Below, in pieces: positions 35,779 to 41,144 of a stretch of DNA of 41,144 nt (the first letter of the stretch is position 1; each line of letters begins with the position of its first letter). Source of the stretch: Octopus bimaculoides. Its lineage: Eukaryota. Location of the stretch: contig NC_068984.1 in the NCBI RefSeq assembly GCF_001194135.2, positions 137,967,114-138,008,257 of the forward strand, given 5' to 3'. The position numbers were made by a program, and so were the translations under genes. Under the pieces are notes generated by a model that had not been told where the DNA came from, did no database searches, and saw only the letters and a list, made by a program, of their open reading frames with translations.

Positions 35779-36251
35779 CTTGTATAAAAGTTTCGAGTAG
35801 TTGTTGATACTCATTTTGAAAGCTTTTTATTTTATTGTAGCTTCTTCATCTTTGAGTTGCCACATTAGAAGGAGTTAGTGTTTCTTTTTGTCTCTGGACA
35901 CCAAAAACAGAAAATGTTATTTACTAGATTATTTTTCAAATAAATATCTTATCATTGCAAGGGAATAATTTACATCAATTAGAAAACAGAATGATTTTAA
36001 CTGAGAATACCCACATTGTCAATACTATTTCATCCATTCCTTTTCTCCACCCTCTATTCCGGCGAGGGTCATGGACTAGAGTCCCGAGTCACCTCCTCCA
36101 TAAGGTTCCACCAGAAGCAGCCATCATTACATGCTCTGGTTGGACTCCCAAGTGTGACCAACTTAAACTTAAGAGGAATATGGCATTTTACACCTTGTTT
36201 AAGCTTTATTCTCATTTTGCTTTAATAAAATATAATTAAGATTCTACTTAC

Positions 36252-36432
36252 TCGACTTTCATTATTAAATGAAGCACAACCAGCAAAGCAAGGTGAGAAA
36301 TACTGTATGTCATCTGCCCCACATACTGGTTGGTACACAGTAGTAGTACAGGAACATTCTGAATTACATTTCACCTTAAGACTTGACTTTAAACCAAAGC
36401 TCACATTGCTTGAAAATGGCTTTGTATTTGAG
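36252..36432 (-). CDS. SLCO: SLCO gene B exon (Kazal-like extracellular loop 5)
   Basis: Acceptor ttttgcAG at 36434-36433 and donor GTAAGT at 36251; phase 2 to phase 0. Contains CNSECSCTTTVYQPVCGADDIQYFSPCFAGC, the OATP Kazal-like motif. Confidence 0.95.
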
Positions 36433-36819
36433 CTGCAAAACAAAATAAAAACTACAATAATGATTTCTAATTTAAGCTCAAAGCAATAAATTTTTGTAGG
36501 ACAGAGTTGAATCAATTCTCACAAATAGTTGATTTTACAGACCCAGGAAGAACAAAAGACAGGCTTGATCTGAGTTAATGATTCTACTGATTCTTGGCCA
36601 AAGGCAAAATCAATCCCAGCAGGTTTCGAATAATCAGCAGAAAGGAATGTGACAAAATTCCACAAAGTATTTTGAGTAGTATTCTACTGATTCCAACTGA
36701 CATTAATGATACACAGCCAGGGAGTTAATAACATTGGTTATATTACCCAAAAGTTGGAGAAAATTGTAAACAGTTGAGTGCACATTATTAAGAGAGAATG
36801 ATAAGGGTATAAACATAGC

Positions 36820-37265
36820 TGAAGACTGTCTGAGTGATGTAGATGCCTCTAATGAGAACCCAATAAGGTTCAAAAATAAATTAACGCTGCTCATCTTTTT
36901 TCAGTCTGTGGAGAAATGGCTACAAATTTGCCTTGTTTATAATTATACCATATGTTACATATTCGTTATATCATACCTTGATACTATGTGGACTAAGATC
37001 CCTATTGACAGGCTGCTGGTATTTATAAAGTGTTTAACACTTTCGGTATGCAAATTAGGGACTCCTTCATAGAGTAACTGCTGCATTTGTTGAGTATATA
37101 AACTGTTTGGCTGCTTGTTTCTCTGGAGACTGTCAGAATGATGTGGACACCTCTGATGAGAGCCCAATAAGGCTCGAAAATCGATTTAGGTTGTTCATTT
37201 TTTCAGTCTGCTGAGAAATGGCTAAAAATTTGCCCAGTTTATAATTATACCATATGTTATATATT
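36820..37265 (+). repeat. ~145-bp direct repeat pair offset by 304 bp, each carrying a hammerhead-like motif
   Basis: Copies at about 36820-36965 and 37123-37265; the first copy has CTAATGA..GAACC/GGTTC..AAAA. Confidence 0.85.
37149..37191 (+). ncRNA. Type I hammerhead ribozyme motif (minimal, palindromic stem III)
   Basis: Stem I ACCT/AGGT; core CTGATGA at 37153-37159; stem II GAGCC-CAATAA-GGCTC; GAAA; palindrome AATCGATT; cleavage after T37187 (UUU triplet). Confidence 0.7.
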
Positions 37266-37304
37266 TGTATTACTTATTGAATTATACTCTTTTATAAAAT
37301 AGCT

Positions 37305-37596
37305 TGGAGGTACAATGGCCCAGTGGTTAGGGCAGCAAACTTGGGGTCAGAGGATCGCGGTCCCAATTCCCAGACCAGGCATTGTGCGTGTTTATTGAGC
37401 GAAAACACCTAAAGCTCTACAAGGCTCCGGCAGGATGTGGTGGTGACCCCTGTTGTACTCTTTCTTCCTGTTTCTTCCTGTTTCTTGAGTAACGCTGTGA
37501 TGGACTGGCATCCCGTCCAGCTGGTGGGGAACACATATGCCATAGAAACCGGGAAACTGGGCCCATGAGCCTTGCTAGGCTTTAAAAGGGCACAAA
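37305..37596 (+). mobile_element. SINE family 2, tail X, intronic in SLCO gene B (antisense)
   Basis: Colinear with 15656-15975. Confidence 0.85.
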
Positions 37597-37647
37597 TGAA
37601 ATGAATGAATAGAATAGTTTATTATTTTCTAACAAATTCATACTTAC

Positions 37648-37840
37648 TTATTGTAGTCCTGTGTAATTCCGGCAAAGGGAATCTCATCACAATGAGCCCA
37701 GAATATTCCCATACCTAGAAGTCCAATTGTTAGTGTAAATAGGCAAAGTTTTCCCTGTTCACCTACTTTAAGACGAAATCTCTTACAAAGGTAACCACCA
37801 AGAATCTGTCCACCAGCAGCAGAAGGAACAGCAAGTAAAC
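37648..37840 (-). CDS. SLCO: SLCO gene B exon (TM8-TM9)
   Basis: Acceptor tttaaAG at 37842-37841 and donor GTAAGT at 37647; phase 1 to phase 2. LLAVPSAAGGQILGGYLCKRFRLKVGEQGKLCLFTLTIGLLGMGIFWAHCDEIPFAGITQDYN. Confidence 0.92.
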
Positions 37841-39250
37841 CTTTAAAAAGATAAAATTTTAATTTGTTAGTTACATATAAGGTTATAAGCATGTTATCCT
37901 AGACATTATATTAAATGAACAATAAAAAAGAACAAACGGAAAAAAAAGAAAAAACCCAGAAAAATAGAAGACAAAATTATGAGAAGATTACTCAAAACTT
38001 CTTTCCTCTCTTTTTCTTTTACTCTCTTTTACTCGTTTCAGTCATTTGACTGTGGCCATGCTGGAGCACCACCTTTAGTCGAGAAAATCGACCCCAGGAC
38101 TTATTCTTTGTAAGCCNNNNNNNNNNNNNNNNNNNNNNNNNNNNNNNNNNNNNNNNNNNNNNNNNNNNNNNNNNNNNNNNNNNNNNNNNNNNNNNNNNNN
38201 NNNNNNNNNNNNNNNNNNNNNNNNNNNNNNNNNNNNNNNNNNNNNNNNNNNNNNNNNNNNNNNNNNNNNNNNNNNNNNNNNNNNNNNNNNNNNNNNNNNN
38301 NNNNNNNNNNNNNNNNNNNNNNNNNNNNNNNNNNNNNNNNNNNNNNNNNNNNNNNNNNNNNNNNNNNNNNNNNNNNNNNNNNNNNNNNNNNNNNNNNNNN
38401 NNNNNNNNNNNNNNNNNNNNNNNNNNNNNNNNNNNNNNNNNNNNNNNNNNNNNNNNNNNNNNNNNNNNNNNNNNNNNNNNNNNNNNNNNNNNNNNNNNNN
38501 NNNNNNNNNNNNNNNNNNNNNNNNNNNNNNNNNNNNNNNNNNNNNNNNNNNNNNNNNNNNNNNNNNNNNNNNNNNNNNNNNNNNNNNNNNNNNNNNNNNN
38601 NNNNNNNNNNNNNNNNNNNNNNNNNNNNNNNNNNNNNNNNNNNNNNNNNNNNNNNNNNNNNNNNNNNNNNNNNNNNNNNNNNNNNNNNNNNNNNNNNNNN
38701 NNNNNNNNNNNNNNNNNNNNNNNNNNNNNNNNNNNNNNNNNNNNNNNNNNNNNNNNNNNNNNNNNNNNNNNNNNNNNNNNNNNNNNNNNNNNNNNNNNNN
38801 NNNNNNNNNNNNNNNNNNNNNNNNNNNNNNNNNNNNNNNNNNNNNNNNNNNNNNNNNNNNNNNNNNNNNNNNNNNNNNNNNNNNNNNNNNNNNNNNNNNN
38901 NNNNNNNNNNNNNNNNNNNNNNNNNNNNNNNNNNNNNNNNNNNNNNNNNNNNNNNNNNNNNNNNNNNNNNNNNNNNNNNNNNNNNNNNNNNNNNNNNNNN
39001 NNNNNNNNNNNNNNNNNNNNNNNNNNNNNNNNNNNNNNNNNNNNNNNNNNNNNATATATGTTGTTGGCACTCCGTCGCTTACGATGTCGAGGGTTCCAGT
39101 TGATCCAATCAATGGAACAGCCTGCTCGTGAAATTAACGTGCAAGTGGCTGAGCACTCCACAGACATGTGTTCCCTTAACGTAGTTCTCGAAAAGTGGAC
39201 ATTAAAACAATGATAATGAAGAAATACCAGCAGAAAACATATATTAATAC

Positions 39251-39499
39251 CTGCAAGGAGTGCTGCCCATGTAGGTGTTGAACCAAACTGATTTTCAAAA
39301 AATTTTGGCAAATATGTTGATAATCCAGCAACTATGATCCCTTCAGATCCTGATGCCAGGGAGACAAACATAAATACAGGGTTCTTAAAGAGATTCCAGA
39401 CAATCTGAAGAATATTTTCTGATGCTGCAGGGTCTGGAGTACCTTTCTTTTTTGTTTGGTGAACTTGAGATTCTCGATTCAATCGAATATGCTTAGTAA
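39251..39499 (-). CDS. SLCO: SLCO/OATP organic anion transporter, gene B, internal exon (cytoplasmic loop, TM7, start of TM8); upstream exons lie beyond the window
   Basis: Acceptor ttttAG at 39501-39500 and donor GTATTA at 39250; 249 nt, phase 1 to phase 1. Translates ..NILQIVWNLFKNPVFMFVSLASGSEGIIVAGLSTYLPKFFENQFGSTPTWAALLAG, the OATP 'L..NP.F...LPK..E.QF' region. Confidence 0.9.
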
Positions 39500-40033
39500 C
39501 TAAAATGACACATTTTATGAAAATATATAACAATATTTATCTACGGAAGAATTTATGCAAAACGTTACGACCATATTCAATGACATATAAGAAGCAGTTA
39601 TTTCCTAAAATTATCACGGACCCTATATGTGAAGTTGGACCTATATTATTTTAATGCATTATAAACTTTTCTGCCTAATATATGTTATTCAAATTGGGGT
39701 ACATGTGATATACCCATGCATCAAATATAGTGGATTTGGTAAACAGAAATTCAAAGACCATCATATGTATGTATGTGTGTGTGTGTATGTGTGATTGTGT
39801 GTTCGTGTCTTCCTGTACAAGTACTGTAGAAGTATTCTTTACTCTAGGTTCAATGCTGCATGAGAGAATTTGGTAAATGGAGACTGTGAGGAAGCCTGTG
39901 TGTGTGTGTTCATGTTGTGTTTCTCCTTTCTCCCTACCACTTGACAAATGGTTTGGCAAACAAGATAGAATAAGTACCAGACTTAAGATTAATAAGGGGG
40001 ATTTAAAGTAAAGGCTATTTGTCAACATAATGT

Positions 40034-40325
40034 GGCTGTCCTGGAATGGGACAATTGTTACTGTTCTATAGCCCCAGGAAACTTCGTTTCCAGCTAGCTG
40101 TGCGACTCAATATCTGTGTCCTTATATTTTTGAATAGGGAGTCCAGCACTTCCATCCAGCACAAAGCAACATCTGCAGACCAATTTCTGGTTTATTATTA
40201 TTATTATCAGCACAGAGTAACTGCTTGGCTAGGTGGCAAAACAGATATTTTGTCACATAGCCAGCTGGAAATGATGTTTCCTGGGGTTAAACAACAGTAA
40301 CAATCGTCCTATCCAGGACAGACCC
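40034..40325. mobile_element. ~290-bp foldback/MITE with ~75-bp imperfect inverted arms; one-armed copy at about 30893-31075
   Basis: ggctgtcctggaatgggacaattgttactgtt...gctgtgcgac pairs with gtcacatagccagctggaaatgatgtttcctgggg...tccaggacagacc. Confidence 0.8.
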
Positions 40326-40617
40326 ATTTCTATTTGAGTTTTTTTAGGTTCTAATTGAGATTCTTTTTCATTTCCAGAAACTTTTGCGATTTTTTTCATT
40401 GGTTTATTGTCCGTTTCTTTAAGTAATGCAATAAATTTGTGTTCAATAAAAAAAATTACTTAATAAACATTTATAAACTATAAAAGTTAATAAAGATAAA
40501 AAAGGGCATTACTTCTGCTGCACACTAATTAATTTCTTAATTCTATTTAATTAATTAATTAATTTATTTATTTATTATTTTTACATCTTGTAAATGATTC
40601 TCAATACAAAATATGAG

Positions 40618-40730
40618 GGTAATTTTTCAGATTAACACCCACATGATTACCTAACCCTAAACCCTAACCCCTAAAACCCTAGCCCTAACTCACTGGTGAA
40701 ACTCATGCGGTGTTAATCTGAAAAATTACC
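40618..40730. mobile_element. 113-bp MITE: perfect 22-bp TIRs, 8-bp TSD, telomeric-repeat core (Merlin-like termini)
   Basis: TIR ggtaatttttcagattaacacc at 40618-40639 with its reverse complement at 40709-40730. TSD aatatgag at 40610-40617 and 40731-40738. Core cctaaccctaaaccctaacccctaaaaccctagccctaac. Confidence 0.88.
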
Positions 40731-40901
40731 AATATGAGTCAGAACTAATAATAAGTTAATAATAATGACTTAATTTTATTTGTTTTTCTGTATTTTTTTT
40801 TATTTACATTTCATAAATGATTTCCAAAACAAAATTTCAGACCTCAGCAGAATTTGAACTCAGATCATAATGAATCAGAACTGATGATGATGATTATAAT
40901 A

Positions 40902-40932
<31 letters not shown>

Positions 40933-41144
40933 TTTAATAACCTCAGGTTTCTTTATCTTTTTTCCTGCATTTTGTATTGGAAATCTTAGTTTTTCAGATT
41001 TTGAATTGTCTCCCTTTAATCAACTACTCACAATAATGTTGATATTTTTGAAATGGAAAAATTAAGGTGATTACTGATTAATTAAGAATTAATTATAATG
41101 CAATATTTCTTCCAGTTTTTAATTTTCTTTATCTTTAGTTCCCC

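Noticed and set aside
7427-39533. Long ORFs in the track (e.g. 38019-39533, 16570-17535, 22067-23050, 7427-8168, 28398-29132)
   Set aside because: Their length comes from N runs translated as X. Only 39251-39499 within them is a real exon.
40648-40690. Telomere or chromosome end
   Set aside because: The repeats are short, degenerate and enclosed by TIRs and a TSD, so they are transposon-internal.

Overview
Eukaryotic, AT-rich, microsatellite-dense draft genomic DNA with 7 N-gaps. The SINE families and simple-repeat load look like an octopod (cephalopod) genome; this is an inference. Minus-strand coding content belongs to two SLCO/OATP organic-anion transporter genes in tandem. Gene B: the last six coding exons, reconstructed with GT-AG sites and matching phases (39499-39251, 37840-37648, 36432-36252, 34918-34752, 32810-32746, 29644-29343). 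Gene A: its first coding exon (4224-3663), with a poly-Asn N-terminus and candidate 5'-leader exons and uORFs upstream. The rest is introns and intergenic DNA holding modular tRNA-derived SINEs, decayed LINE fragments (R4/Dong-, RTE-, CRE- and CR1-like), Tc1/mariner relics and several foldback/MITE elements. No prokaryotic features, CRISPR arrays or rRNA are present. The best second-look items are: a 304-bp-spaced pair of hammerhead ribozyme motifs in an SLCO intron; a 113-bp MITE with 22-bp perfect TIRs, an 8-bp TSD and a telomeric-repeat core; a head-to-tail SINE array whose junctions repeat the same ~14-bp site; SINE module swapping; and a multi-exon, uORF-bearing 5' leader. None of these is shown to be novel without database searches.
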